Of a stretch of 64,000 bases of DNA, positions 32,639-43,467 are shown one piece after another. Location of the stretch: contig CALUUN010000006.1 of assembly GCA_944323995.1 (NCBI GenBank), positions 2,807 to 66,806 on the forward strand, read 5' to 3'. The position numbers and the translations under genes are program-made. The first letter of the stretch is position 1. Each line of letters begins with the position of its first letter. The DNA comes from Candidatus Gastranaerophilales bacterium (GTDB taxonomy: Bacteria > Cyanobacteriota > Vampirovibrionia > Gastranaerophilales > Gastranaerophilaceae). The notes beneath the pieces were generated by a model. It was not told the origin of the DNA and searched no databases. It worked only from the letters and a program-made list of their open reading frames with translations.

Positions 32639-32923
32639 ATGATTAAACCATTAAGCGACAGAATTGTTATTAAGGTTATTGAAGACACCGAACAAACTTC
32701 AGGGGGAATTTTTATTCCTGACAGCGCCAAAGAAAAACCTCAAAAAGGTGAAGTTGTTGCCGTTGGATTAGGCAAAATGAATGACAAAGGCGAAAGAGAA
32801 CCTATGGATGTTAAGGTCGGTGATGTTGTGCTTTATGCTAAATATGCAGGCACTGATATTAAAATGGACGGGGTTGAATACAAAATCCTGTCAGTAAAAG
32901 ATGCACTGGCGGTAATTGAATAA
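32639..32923 (+). CDS. groES: co-chaperonin GroES
   Basis: AGGAGAGG precedes ATG 32639. [43 protein letters not shown]. Confidence 0.95.
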   Translation: MIKPLSDRIVIKVIEDTEQTSGGIFIPDSAKEKPQKGEVVAVGLGKMNDKGEREPMDVKVGDVVLYAKYAGTDIKMDGVEYKILSVKDALAVIE

Positions 32924-32975
32924 TTACCTTTTATCCCGCTCTCTCAATTGTGAGGGCAAAGAATATTTATAATAA

Positions 32976-34631
<1,656 letters not shown>

Positions 34632-34649
34632 GACCGTATTATCTCATTA

Positions 34650-34679
34650 AAGACGGAGTTATTTTAACTCCGTCTTTTT
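34650..34679 (+). terminator. rho-independent terminator of groESL
   Basis: AGACGGAGTT-atttt-AACTCCGTCT followed by TTTTT. Confidence 0.85.
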
Positions 34680-34698
34680 GTATGCATAAGATATTTTT

Positions 34699-35610
34699 TT
34701 AATTGAATAATTCGCTTGACAGATATCTTTCACCTGAATCAGGCAAAATTACCACAATCATTTTGTTTTTGTATTCGGGACGTTTTGCGATTTCCGATGC
34801 GGCGTACATTGCTGCACCCGATGAAATCCCGCATAAAATTCCTTCCGCTTTTGCCAGTTTTCTTGCTGTTTCAAATGCATCTTCATCGCTTACGGGGATA
34901 ATTTCATCCACAACGTTATAGTCAAAATTTTTCGGTACAAAATTTGCGCCTATGCCCTGAATTTTATGCGCTCCGGCCGGTTTTCCGGCAAGCACCTGTG
35001 AGGATTCAGGTTCCACGGCAATTGCTTTTATCTGCGGATTGTGTGATTTTAATCCTTTGGCAATTCCCGTAATTGTGCCGCCTGTGCCTGCACCTGCCAC
35101 TATAACGTCAACTTTGCCGTCTGTGTCGTGCAGGATTTCTTCTGCTGTTGTTTTGATGTGCGCTTCAGGATTTGCAGGGTTGTCAAATTGTTGCGGTATA
35201 AATGAATTAGGATATTTTTTGCTTAATTCAATTGCCTTGTCAACAGATCCTTGCATGCCTTTTGAGCCTTCTGTCAGAATAATTTCCGCCCCGTATGCTT
35301 TTAAAAGTTTGCGCCGTTCAAGACTCATTGTCTCAGGCATTGTCAAAATCATTTTGTAACCCTTAATCGCACAGACCATTGCAAGCCCAATCCCCGTATT
35401 TCCGCTTGTCGGCTCAATTATGACCGTATCTTTGTTTATAAGACCTTCTTTTTCCGCTTTTTCTATCATGTTAAGCGCCGGCCTGTCTTTTATTGAACCT
35501 GCCGGATTAAAACTTTCTATCTTAGCGAAAATATTCGCGTTTGTAAGTTTGTTTATTTTTACAAGCGGAGTGTTTCCGATTAATTCTGTCATATTGTTTG
35601 CTATTTTCAT
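34699..35610 (-). CDS. cysK: cysteine synthase A (O-acetylserine sulfhydrylase)
   Basis: The start at [22 protein letters not shown] (35610) has GGAAAGGGG upstream. PLP-site block: NPAGSIKDR, and SGNTGIGLA. Confidence 0.9.
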   Translation of the reverse strand: MKIANNMTELIGNTPLVKINKLTNANIFAKIESFNPAGSIKDRPALNMIEKAEKEGLINKDTVIIEPTSGNTGIGLAMVCAIKGYKMILTMPETMSLERRKLLKAYGAEIILTEGSKGMQGSVDKAIELSKKYPNSFIPQQFDNPANPEAHIKTTAEEILHDTDGKVDVIVAGAGTGGTITGIAKGLKSHNPQIKAIAVEPESSQVLAGKPAGAHKIQGIGANFVPKNFDYNVVDEIIPVSDEDAFETARKLAKAEGILCGISSGAAMYAASEIAKRPEYKNKMIVVILPDSGERYLSSELFN

Positions 35611-35707
35611 TTGCTGCCCCTTTCCGTAAATTCCGGTATTTGTTTTCGAGGTAACAGCGCGAGCAGGGCGATAGTGTGACCGAGAAAACAAATATCAGAA
35701 ACAAGTA

Positions 35708-36706
35708 TTATCTAAACCCTTTGTCTTTTGAAATTGTTCTGTTAATTTGTTTGAGTTTTTCTTCCAACTTTGTATAATCAACAGATTTTTTGCCGGGGTA
35801 AATTTCATATTTATTTTTGTGAAATTCGTCCGTAACATTCGGCATTACGACATTTGCCCCGCTTTGAAGCGCAAGAATTCTTCCGTCCTGTCTGAGAGTT
35901 TCCATTGCGGTTGTCGCCGGAATATTTATGTCCGGCATTAAAAGTCTTGTGAGTGCCATGACTTTCAGCGAAAGCCAAAATCCGTCAGACGCCGCATCCT
36001 TTAACGGGGTATCTTTGTGCGGTATTAAAGGGCCCAGACCTATCATATCAGCGTCAAGTTCTTTAAAGAATAAAATGTCATCCGCAAGCGATTCAACAGT
36101 CTGTTCCGGAAGTCCGACAAGGCAGCCCGTTCCGGTTTCATATCCCAGTTCTTTTAAATTTTTGAGGCATTTTATGCGGTTTTCAAAACTCATATCCGGA
36201 TGTAATTTTTTGTATAAGTCTTTGTCTGTTGTTTCAATTCTCAATAAAAACCTGTCTGCACCGGCGTCTTTTAGTATTTTGTATTCTTCATAACTCCGTT
36301 CGCCGATGCTTAAAGTCACTGCGGTATCGTTTTTTTTAATTTCTTTAATTATGCCGGCAAGAATTTCCGCAGTAAAATACATGTCCTCTGCTGATTGCAG
36401 AACAATTGTTCTGTATCCGGTTTTTAAAGCGTTATCGGCGAGGTTGATTATTTCATCGGGAGTTAATCTGTAACGGTCGATATTTTTGTTTGCCGCGCGG
36501 ACTCCGCAGTAAAAACAGTTTCTGCGGCAGATGTTTGAAAATTCTATCAATGCCCTTAAATGGACTTCATCGCCCTTAAATTCTTTGCGGATTTCATCTG
36601 CTGCTTTGAAAAGTTCATCATTTAATGAGTTGTCTTTTAAAACGGAGACGATTTCATCTTTGGAAAGCTGATGCAGAATTTTGGCTTTTTCGATTAGTTC
36701 ATTCAT
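35708..36706 (-). CDS. hydE: radical SAM protein of the BioB/HydE/PylB branch, most likely [FeFe]-hydrogenase maturase HydE
   Basis: CRRNCFYCGVRAANKNIDRYRLTPDEII. The ATG at 36706 (MNELIEKAK) is preferred, because the track TTG at 36724 lies inside the upstream terminator T-run. Confidence 0.6.
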   Translation of the reverse strand: MNELIEKAKILHQLSKDEIVSVLKDNSLNDELFKAADEIRKEFKGDEVHLRALIEFSNICRRNCFYCGVRAANKNIDRYRLTPDEIINLADNALKTGYRTIVLQSAEDMYFTAEILAGIIKEIKKNDTAVTLSIGERSYEEYKILKDAGADRFLLRIETTDKDLYKKLHPDMSFENRIKCLKNLKELGYETGTGCLVGLPEQTVESLADDILFFKELDADMIGLGPLIPHKDTPLKDAASDGFWLSLKVMALTRLLMPDINIPATTAMETLRQDGRILALQSGANVVMPNVTDEFHKNKYEIYPGKKSVDYTKLEEKLKQINRTISKDKGFR

Positions 36707-36724
36707 AAAAAAATTATATAACAA

Positions 36725-36748
36725 AAAGGCTGACTTATGTCAGCCTTT
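36725..36748 (-). terminator. rho-independent terminator after the LTXXQ gene
   Basis: AAAGGCTGAC-ttat-GTCAGCCTTT. On the minus strand it is followed by TTTTT. Confidence 0.8.
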
Positions 36749-36763
36749 GGAGATGATTGAGAA

Positions 36764-37384
36764 TTATTTTTCATCCGGAGCTTTCTGCGGAATTACAGGG
36801 CCCGGGCCCATCGGACGGACTTTATGATCTTTGCCGTAAATTCCGTATCCGGGGCCGAATGCAGGATGTTTGTGTTCTTTTTCAAAACGTTCTCTGCCTT
36901 CTTTTTTCATTTTTTCAAGTTCTTTTTTCTGTTTTTTGGTCAGAACCGATTCAAAATCTTTCATGTTCTGCATGCGTAATTCGTGTGCCTGTTTTCTCAA
37001 ATCTTTTATGTCTGCATTAATCTGATTTAATTTTTCCTGCTGCATTTCAACTGACATTCTTGAACGTTTTATGGCTTCTGCTTCTTGATGTTTTGCTTTA
37101 ATCTGCTCCATTATCGGTTTTATTTGTTCATGACCTTTCATCTGGAGTTCTTTGATTTTAACTTTTTGTTCGTCAGTTAATTTGAGGCGTTTTTCAAATT
37201 TTTGACGTTTCATTTCATGTTTTTTGATTTGTTCCTGAGTCAAAACAGGTCTTGCCGGTTTAACTTCGGTTTGTGCGGCAGGCGGCGTCTGCACCGGTTT
37301 GTCCGGTGTTACGGTTGTGTCCGCCGCTAATGCGGTTGTCATTGAAAAAGCTATCAAGCTCGCTAAAATAAGAGTTTTTTTCAT
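36764..37384 (-). CDS. periplasmic Spy/CpxP/ZraP-like protein with LTXXQ motifs
   Basis: Signal peptide MKKTLILASLIAFSMTTALA. LTQEQ, LTDEQ and LTKKQ repeats in a K/E-rich helical protein. Confidence 0.65.
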   Translation of the reverse strand: MKKTLILASLIAFSMTTALAADTTVTPDKPVQTPPAAQTEVKPARPVLTQEQIKKHEMKRQKFEKRLKLTDEQKVKIKELQMKGHEQIKPIMEQIKAKHQEAEAIKRSRMSVEMQQEKLNQINADIKDLRKQAHELRMQNMKDFESVLTKKQKKELEKMKKEGRERFEKEHKHPAFGPGYGIYGKDHKVRPMGPGPVIPQKAPDEK

Positions 37385-37896
37385 CAGTTAATCCTTTCTT
37401 TTATTAGGTGTTCCAATTTTTCTGCCAATTCTTTTTTTGCATTGTAAATTCTTGATTTTACGGTGCCCAGAGGACATTTTAACCTGCGCGCACAATCCTC
37501 GTAGCTGTATCCTTGAATTTCACAAAGCATTATTACTTCTTTGAATTTTGGCTTCAGTGAATTTATTGCGTTAATTATTTGTGTTTGTCTTTCGTTTTTT
37601 ATAAGTTTAAGTTCAGGTGTTTCCTTTTTATCTTTTATTGTGTTTAATACTGCTTCATCAGAAGTTGAGTTATTTAGATTTTTTTTGTATGCGGATTTTA
37701 AATAATCTTTTGAAACGTTTTTTGCAATTGTGTTAATCCAGCTTTTAAAATTTCCTTGTTCAATGTATTTGTCTGAATTTTTCCACGCTTTTATGTAGAC
37801 CTCCTGTTCAAGGTCCTCGTTTGCTTCTTTTGTAATCAGTTTGATTATGCCTTTTACGTTATTTTGATTTTTCTTTATGAGTTCTTTAAAATCCAT
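37384..37896 (-). CDS. ECF-type RNA polymerase sigma-70 factor
   Basis: 170 aa. Region 2 is EQEVYIKAWKNSDKYIEQGNFKSWINTIAKN. Region 4 is GYSYEDCARRLKCPLGTVKSRIYNAKKEL. Confidence 0.85.
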   Translation of the reverse strand: MDFKELIKKNQNNVKGIIKLITKEANEDLEQEVYIKAWKNSDKYIEQGNFKSWINTIAKNVSKDYLKSAYKKNLNNSTSDEAVLNTIKDKKETPELKLIKNERQTQIINAINSLKPKFKEVIMLCEIQGYSYEDCARRLKCPLGTVKSRIYNAKKELAEKLEHLIKERIN

Positions 37897-38241
37897 TTAC
37901 TCTACCATTACAAACCCGTACGAATCAACTGGAAACCCTAAGTCCTCGGCGGTCAGAGTCGTGCCGTACCTTATAGTGTCAGAGATATCCGTGTTGAGAT
38001 TGATTACTCCGAGTGTTGTTGCACTTAAACACATCGCAAATACCGCGCAGGCAATTTTTAATTTTGCAGCTGTTTTTTTATGCTGCAAATAGTGCGGTCT
38101 GACCTCTTTTATAAGTTCGGATACCGCGTCCATTTTTTCCTGCTCTCTGCGGCAGTCATCACAGGTTTTGATGTGTTCCCGCAATGTTTTTTCATCAGAG
38201 AAGGTGAAAAGTGCTTCATATTTTGTGCATTTGTTGTTCAT
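37897..38241 (-). CDS. anti-sigma factor (zf-HC2 type) with one transmembrane helix
   Basis: H-x3-C-x2-C in REHIKTCDDCRRE. TM helix KLKIACAVFAMCLSATTLGVI. It lies immediately upstream of, and abuts, the sigma factor gene. Confidence 0.65.
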   Translation of the reverse strand: MNNKCTKYEALFTFSDEKTLREHIKTCDDCRREQEKMDAVSELIKEVRPHYLQHKKTAAKLKIACAVFAMCLSATTLGVINLNTDISDTIRYGTTLTAEDLGFPVDSYGFVMVE

Positions 38242-38386
38242 TTTTTAACCTCTGTACCCATATAACGAAACAGAAAATAAAAAAGTTCATTTTATTATAT
38301 AATATTCTCTTGCATTTGTAAAATTCTTGTAATATTATAACATTCGGCTGGCAACTTTTAAGATTTACGAACTTGAGATATGTGAA

Positions 38387-39013
38387 ATGAGTATATCAAA
38401 TACACTTGAAAAAATATGCACCTCCATGGGTAAAAATAACAAGCCGACTTACGTTGTAATGGCTATTGCAACGGTTAAAGGGATTTGTCGGCCTATGTTT
38501 ACCATGATGGATAAAAAGGAAAACCCTGAAACTAAAAAATATACGGCAATAAGAGAAGGATTAACAGAGATTATAGCAATTCCCGTATACTGGGCATGCG
38601 GCGAGGTGGCCGGAAAATTATCCAACTTGTTTGCAAATCCTAAAAATTTCATGGATAAGGCTTTGTACAAACAATATAAAAGCGGTCAAAAATCTCCCGA
38701 AGTCGTTAAAGCGTTTGAAAGAGCTAAAGAATTGGCCGAAAATAATCTTCCGAAAATGAATAAAAACCTGATGTTTATGGGAGTTTGCGGAGCTGCTTTG
38801 TTTGTAATTCCGGCATTATGTTCGGCTGCAATCAAACCTTTGATGAATAAAATTCAAAAAAATGCCAAACCCGCGGAAAAAACTTTGGATATTAATACTC
38901 AAGCTCCTGCTCAGGTGAATTTTTATACTCCGAATTTTCAGCACGGTGAAACATTCAAACGTATGTCAATTTCTCCTGACAGAGTATACGGCATGAAAGT
39001 AGGTGGCGTATGA
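38387..39013 (+). CDS. hypothetical membrane protein, tandem paralog 1
   Basis: TVKGICRPMFTMMDKKENPETKKYTAIREGLTEIIAIPVYWA aligns with the next gene's product. Confidence 0.6.
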   Translation: MSISNTLEKICTSMGKNNKPTYVVMAIATVKGICRPMFTMMDKKENPETKKYTAIREGLTEIIAIPVYWACGEVAGKLSNLFANPKNFMDKALYKQYKSGQKSPEVVKAFERAKELAENNLPKMNKNLMFMGVCGAALFVIPALCSAAIKPLMNKIQKNAKPAEKTLDINTQAPAQVNFYTPNFQHGETFKRMSISPDRVYGMKVGGV

Positions 39014-39651
39014 TAAGTGCTATAGCTAACGGATTGTCAAATTCGACACTTGCAAATATTGCTCAAAATACGGCGGCGTCCGTTTCAATTGAAACAACTT
39101 TAAAATCAATAGGCCGTCCCGGATTTATCCTGATTGACAACGACATAAGCCCTGATACAAAAAAATATGCAGCGGCAAAAGAATTCTTATATCAGGCAAC
39201 ATGTCTTGCCGTATATCTGGCTTTAATTACGCCGGTATTCAAAAAAGGCGCGTTTCAACTTGCAAAGAAAACGTTTTTCAAAAATAAACCCGAATTTGCT
39301 AAATTTAAAGACGCTGCGGAATATTTGGATTACCACAATCTGGCGTCAAAAAACATTACAAACCGCCGCGCAACTCTGTTAAAAGATCATTCACGCCAAA
39401 AATTTATGCATGATGACCTGCGCGAAGAATTACAAAACAACAAAAATCCTGAAAAATATCCGTTAATCAAAGGAACAATTGAACTCGGTTCTTTAATCGG
39501 TTCGGTTCTCGGGCTTGCAATTCTTGCTCCGCAAATCAGCCACTATACAATCCATCCGATGCTGAGAGCTCTCGGTATGGAGAAAAAAGAACCGAAGGAA
39601 TTAAAAGAACAGCAGCCTGTTCCTGCGCATAAATTAGACAAAGAGGCTTAA
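39010..39651 (+). CDS. hypothetical membrane protein, tandem paralog 2
   Basis: TLKSIGRPGFILIDNDISPDTKKYAAAKEFLYQATCLAVYLA. ATGA start/stop overlap with the previous gene. Confidence 0.6.
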   Translation: MISAIANGLSNSTLANIAQNTAASVSIETTLKSIGRPGFILIDNDISPDTKKYAAAKEFLYQATCLAVYLALITPVFKKGAFQLAKKTFFKNKPEFAKFKDAAEYLDYHNLASKNITNRRATLLKDHSRQKFMHDDLREELQNNKNPEKYPLIKGTIELGSLIGSVLGLAILAPQISHYTIHPMLRALGMEKKEPKELKEQQPVPAHKLDKEA

Positions 39652-39655
39652 ATAT

Positions 39656-39847
39656 ATGGAATGTAAACAGAAAGAAAATCTTAAATCCTGCACATGTACC
39701 GCAGGTTGTTCAAACAGAGGACTTTGCTGCGAGTGTGTTGCTTATCACAGAAGTCTTAATCAAATTCCGGGCTGTTTTTTTCCGAAAGATGCCGAAAAAA
39801 CTTATGACAGATCTGTTGAGTATTTTATAAAAGTGATGAGCAGATAG
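39656..39847 (+). CDS. small cysteine-rich protein (DUF6485-like)
   Basis: 63 aa. CTCTAGCSNRGLCCECVAYHRSLNQIPGCFF. Confidence 0.55.
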   Translation: MECKQKENLKSCTCTAGCSNRGLCCECVAYHRSLNQIPGCFFPKDAEKTYDRSVEYFIKVMSR

Positions 39848-41138
39848 GTTCCAGGGAATTTATTGACCGTTTGGCGATTAATTCAGCCTTAAGTTTTTTG
39901 TTTTTTCTCTCTTTTTTCGGTAATTCAACCGGCGGAAGTATTCCCCAGTTTGAATTTATGGGCTGGAATTTTTCATGTTCAGGATTGCTTATGTAATGCG
40001 TCAATGCGCCGAGCATGGTTTCTCGGGGAAGCTCTGAGGGTTTTTCTCCGTTTAGATATTTGGCCATGTTAATTCCCGCAAGCAATCCTGTTGCAATTGA
40101 TTCGGTGTAGCCTTCGGTGCCTGTTATTTGTCCGGCAAAAAATAAATCCGGACGTTTTTTGCTCTGCAAACCTGCAGTTAAAATTTTTGGTGAATTTATA
40201 AAAGTATTTCTGTGCATTACGCCGTATCTCACAATATTTGCGTTTTCAAGCCCGGGGATTGAATGTATCAACTCTTTTTGACTGCCCCATTTTAAATTCG
40301 TCTGAAATCCGACAAGATTATACAGGGTTTTTGCGGAATTATCCTGTCTTAGCTGCACTACGGCGTAATTTTCAATACCGGTTCTTTTGTCAATAAGTCC
40401 GACGGGTTTCATCGGGCCGAATCTTAATGTGTCAACTCCGCGTGATGCCAGAACTTCCACGGGCAGACAGCTTTCAAAAAATTTTGCGTTCTTTTCAAAT
40501 TCTTTTAATTCTATTCTCGGAGCATTTATTAATATGTTATAAAAATTCTCATACTCTTCTCTGTTCATCGGGCAGTTTATGTATGAAGCCTCGCCCTTGT
40601 CATACCTTGATGCGTAAAATGCTGTGTCAAAATTTATGCTCTCTTTTTCAACTATAGGCGCAATTGCGTCAAAAAAATACAAATGTTCGCTTTCGGTAAA
40701 CTTTTTAATGTTTCCGGCAAGTTTTTCGCTTGTGAGCGGGCCGGAGGCTATTATAACAGGCGTGTCCGGAATTTCTTCAATTTCTTTTCGGATTAAATTT
40801 ATATTCGGGTCGGATTCAATTCTTTCTGTTACTTTTTGCGAAAATAATTCTCTGTCGATTGCAAGCGCGCTTCCGGCCGGTACACGGCATGCGTGTGCGA
40901 TTTTTATAAGTTCACCGCCTAAAAGCTCCATTTCATGTTTTAAAAGTCCGCTCGCGTTTGTTATATCGTAAGAGCCCATGCTGTTTGAGCATACAAATTC
41001 GGCACAATCCGAAGTCTTGTGTGCGCCGGTGGTCTTTTCGGGACGCATTTCGTATAAATTTACTTTAATGTTTCTTTTTGCAAGCTGTATTGCGGCTTCT
41101 GAGCCGGCAAGACCTGCCCCTGTTACTGTTACTTCCAT
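39825..41138 (-). CDS. trmFO: methylenetetrahydrofolate--tRNA-(uracil-5-)-methyltransferase TrmFO
   Basis: VTVTGAGLAGSEAAIQLAKRNIKVNLYEMRP. 437 aa of the Gid/TrmFO family. Confidence 0.9.
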   Translation of the reverse strand: MEVTVTGAGLAGSEAAIQLAKRNIKVNLYEMRPEKTTGAHKTSDCAEFVCSNSMGSYDITNASGLLKHEMELLGGELIKIAHACRVPAGSALAIDRELFSQKVTERIESDPNINLIRKEIEEIPDTPVIIASGPLTSEKLAGNIKKFTESEHLYFFDAIAPIVEKESINFDTAFYASRYDKGEASYINCPMNREEYENFYNILINAPRIELKEFEKNAKFFESCLPVEVLASRGVDTLRFGPMKPVGLIDKRTGIENYAVVQLRQDNSAKTLYNLVGFQTNLKWGSQKELIHSIPGLENANIVRYGVMHRNTFINSPKILTAGLQSKKRPDLFFAGQITGTEGYTESIATGLLAGINMAKYLNGEKPSELPRETMLGALTHYISNPEHEKFQPINSNWGILPPVELPKKERKNKKLKAELIAKRSINSLEPICSSLL

Positions 41139-41267
41139 TTTTTCAGTTTATTATACTCAAATTTTACTGTCAATGATTTTTCTGCTACATATATAGCAGG
41201 ATTTCTTCAAGATATACCGTCCTCTCAACCCTTTTGTAAATCAAATGTTACAATTGTAGCAGACAAC

Positions 41268-41296
41268 TTGCAAATTTATTTTTTATTAAGTATAAT
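41268..41296 (+). promoter_or_regulatory. sigma-70-type promoter upstream of 41425 gene
   Basis: TTGCAA (41268-41273), a 17-nt spacer, then TATAAT (41291-41296). Confidence 0.55.
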
Positions 41297-41424
41297 AAAT
41301 ACACTTATTAAATACATTTATCTTTTTGTTAATTTTCTTAAAAATTACGCTTAAAAAAAGCAATAAGTGTCAGAGTAAGTTTTTATAAATAATATGTGTG
41401 TAGATAGTAAAGATTAGTAGGGAC

Positions 41425-43419
41425 ATGTCAGTAAAAGCAGTACAGTTAGCAAACGCGGAAACAAAGCGTAATTATAACAATAATCAGCAGAAACATAACA
41501 ATGTTTCATTCGGTAATGCGGGAAATCCTGTTATCACATTAATGGATGCAATAGACAGAGGCGGTTTTGCCGCATCGTTTATTATGCAGGATTTTTTAGG
41601 CATGGCCGGCCCGCGTGTTTTGACAGGCATGTACAGAAACCATGACAAAACCGGTCAATTGAACTGGGATTTTGCCAAAAAAGAAGGTATCAGAGAAATT
41701 TTAAGCGGTCCGAGTGCGTTTTTAATTCCGGCGGCTATGATGTTCGGAATTAAAAAAGTTTCGGGCACTGCAAATAATGTTCCGGTTGATTTTATTAACG
41801 GTTTCGGACACACTTTTGCGGAATATGCAAAAGCTAATAAGGCAACTCTTTCGGATGCGGCAAAAACAAAGCTCGGATTTTACGAAGAAGTGTTCAAAAA
41901 TATGCTTTCCGCATCAACCAACAAAGGTCTTGCGGGAGAAGAATTGGACAAAACAGCAAAAGAATTTGCCCAAAGGCTTATAGAAGCTGAAAAAGCTCCG
42001 AAAAAGAGTTTTTGGAAACATCTTACCGGTAAGCACGTAAAAGGTTCGGCTCAGGATTTGCAGCATGAGCTTATGGAAGATTTTGTAACCCGCCGCAAAC
42101 AATTTTTGGGAGCGGAAGGCGACAAAGTTATTGCCGAATACGGGGTTCCGAACGATAAAAAGATTGCATCTTCCTTCAAATCAATGCTGAAGCATATGGA
42201 AGATTATTCACATGATGCAATAAAAAGTGTGAATAAACAGCTTAAAAAAGCTCAGAACGCGGATGTTGACGAAATAGTAAAAACCTTGAGCAAACGCCGC
42301 ACCGGCACGCGCTTTTTATCTAATATCGGTATGTGGCTTGCTGTTGTAGGTTTTTATACAATTATTCCTAAACTTTACAACCATGTAACCAAAGGCCGCG
42401 ACCCCGGACTGGACGGTCTCGGAGTTCAGGATGAAAATGTTAAAAAGTCTGCCAACCCGACTTTTTCAAACGAAAAAGAAGTGACAGACGGCAAAAAAGA
42501 TGATAAAGCTGCCGATAAAAATGCTCAGCCGTCATTTACAGGTATTCAGAGTTCAATGGCAAAATTAGGCAAGACTGTTGTTGATACGCCTGCTGTTAAA
42601 AAATTCTCAAATGCGTTTGAATTTGACGGTGCAACAATGTCTATGCCGGCAATGCTGACATTGCTTTTCGGGTTCTGTCTGCCGCCGAGGTTAATTCATG
42701 CGCAGAGCAGCACTGACAGAAAAGAAATACTTATGCGTGATATAACAAGTTTCCTTGCTATATTATTCGGTTCAAAAGCAATTAACAGAGTAAGTTCAGA
42801 CATATTTGCAAAAGAATCCGGACTTGCGTTGAATATCAAACCGGCAAATCATAATGACAATATTTTCAAAAAAATATGGCATTATATCTACCCGACCGGC
42901 GGTGTTCAGGTGCTTGACAGCGACAGAATTGTTTCAACTTACAGCGATGTTTCGTCATTCAAAAACGGTATAAACGATATGTTCAGATTTGTCGATAAAA
43001 ACGGCGGCAACGTCGGTAAAATGCTCGGTATTGATAAAGATATCAAAGCTGCGGCATCTGAAATTCTCGGCAAAGCGCCCGATAAACGCATGAATCTCAA
43101 TGAAATTATAAAAGCGTTTGATAAAGCTAAAGATACCGACGCTTATAAGAAAATTGTCGATATTCTCGCAGATAAAGGCAACACAATCGTAAAACGCGCT
43201 AAAACTTATAACAGTGCTTTCGGATTTGCGTCAACCGTGCTTCTTGTACCGGCGTTGATGATATGGATTTCAAAACACTGCGAAAAAATGACAAAACAGC
43301 ATATTGCGGAACAGAAAAAGGCCTCAATGGAAAATATGGCAAAACAAACTCAGGTGCCGGATTCAATGAGGGTTGTAACAAACAAACCGACAATGGCAGG
43401 GTTTTTAAACAGAGCGTAA
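41425..43419 (+). CDS. large hypothetical membrane protein (paralog family with 2392 ORF)
   Basis: 664 aa. Shared blocks are FLGMAGPRVLTGMYRNHDKTG...KKEGIREILSGPSAFLIPA and PRLIHAQSSTDRKEILMRDITSFLAILFG. It has a C-terminal TM helix. Confidence 0.6.
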   Translation: MSVKAVQLANAETKRNYNNNQQKHNNVSFGNAGNPVITLMDAIDRGGFAASFIMQDFLGMAGPRVLTGMYRNHDKTGQLNWDFAKKEGIREILSGPSAFLIPAAMMFGIKKVSGTANNVPVDFINGFGHTFAEYAKANKATLSDAAKTKLGFYEEVFKNMLSASTNKGLAGEELDKTAKEFAQRLIEAEKAPKKSFWKHLTGKHVKGSAQDLQHELMEDFVTRRKQFLGAEGDKVIAEYGVPNDKKIASSFKSMLKHMEDYSHDAIKSVNKQLKKAQNADVDEIVKTLSKRRTGTRFLSNIGMWLAVVGFYTIIPKLYNHVTKGRDPGLDGLGVQDENVKKSANPTFSNEKEVTDGKKDDKAADKNAQPSFTGIQSSMAKLGKTVVDTPAVKKFSNAFEFDGATMSMPAMLTLLFGFCLPPRLIHAQSSTDRKEILMRDITSFLAILFGSKAINRVSSDIFAKESGLALNIKPANHNDNIFKKIWHYIYPTGGVQVLDSDRIVSTYSDVSSFKNGINDMFRFVDKNGGNVGKMLGIDKDIKAAASEILGKAPDKRMNLNEIIKAFDKAKDTDAYKKIVDILADKGNTIVKRAKTYNSAFGFASTVLLVPALMIWISKHCEKMTKQHIAEQKKASMENMAKQTQVPDSMRVVTNKPTMAGFLNRA

Positions 43420-43423
43420 AAAA

Positions 43424-43452
43424 AACAGGTTCAAATTTGAACCTGTTTTTTT
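43424..43452. terminator. bidirectional rho-independent terminator
   Basis: Palindrome AACAGGTTCAAA/TTTGAACCTGTT flanked by an A-run and a T-run, between convergent genes. Confidence 0.85.
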
Positions 43453-43467
43453 GTGATGAATTAACTT

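Noticed and set aside
35708-36706. PylB (pyrrolysine biosynthesis) as an explanation for the in-frame TAG at 1742
   Set aside because: No pylS, pylC, pylD or pylT lies adjacent or elsewhere in the window. HydE is the more parsimonious assignment. I keep this only as a check to run.
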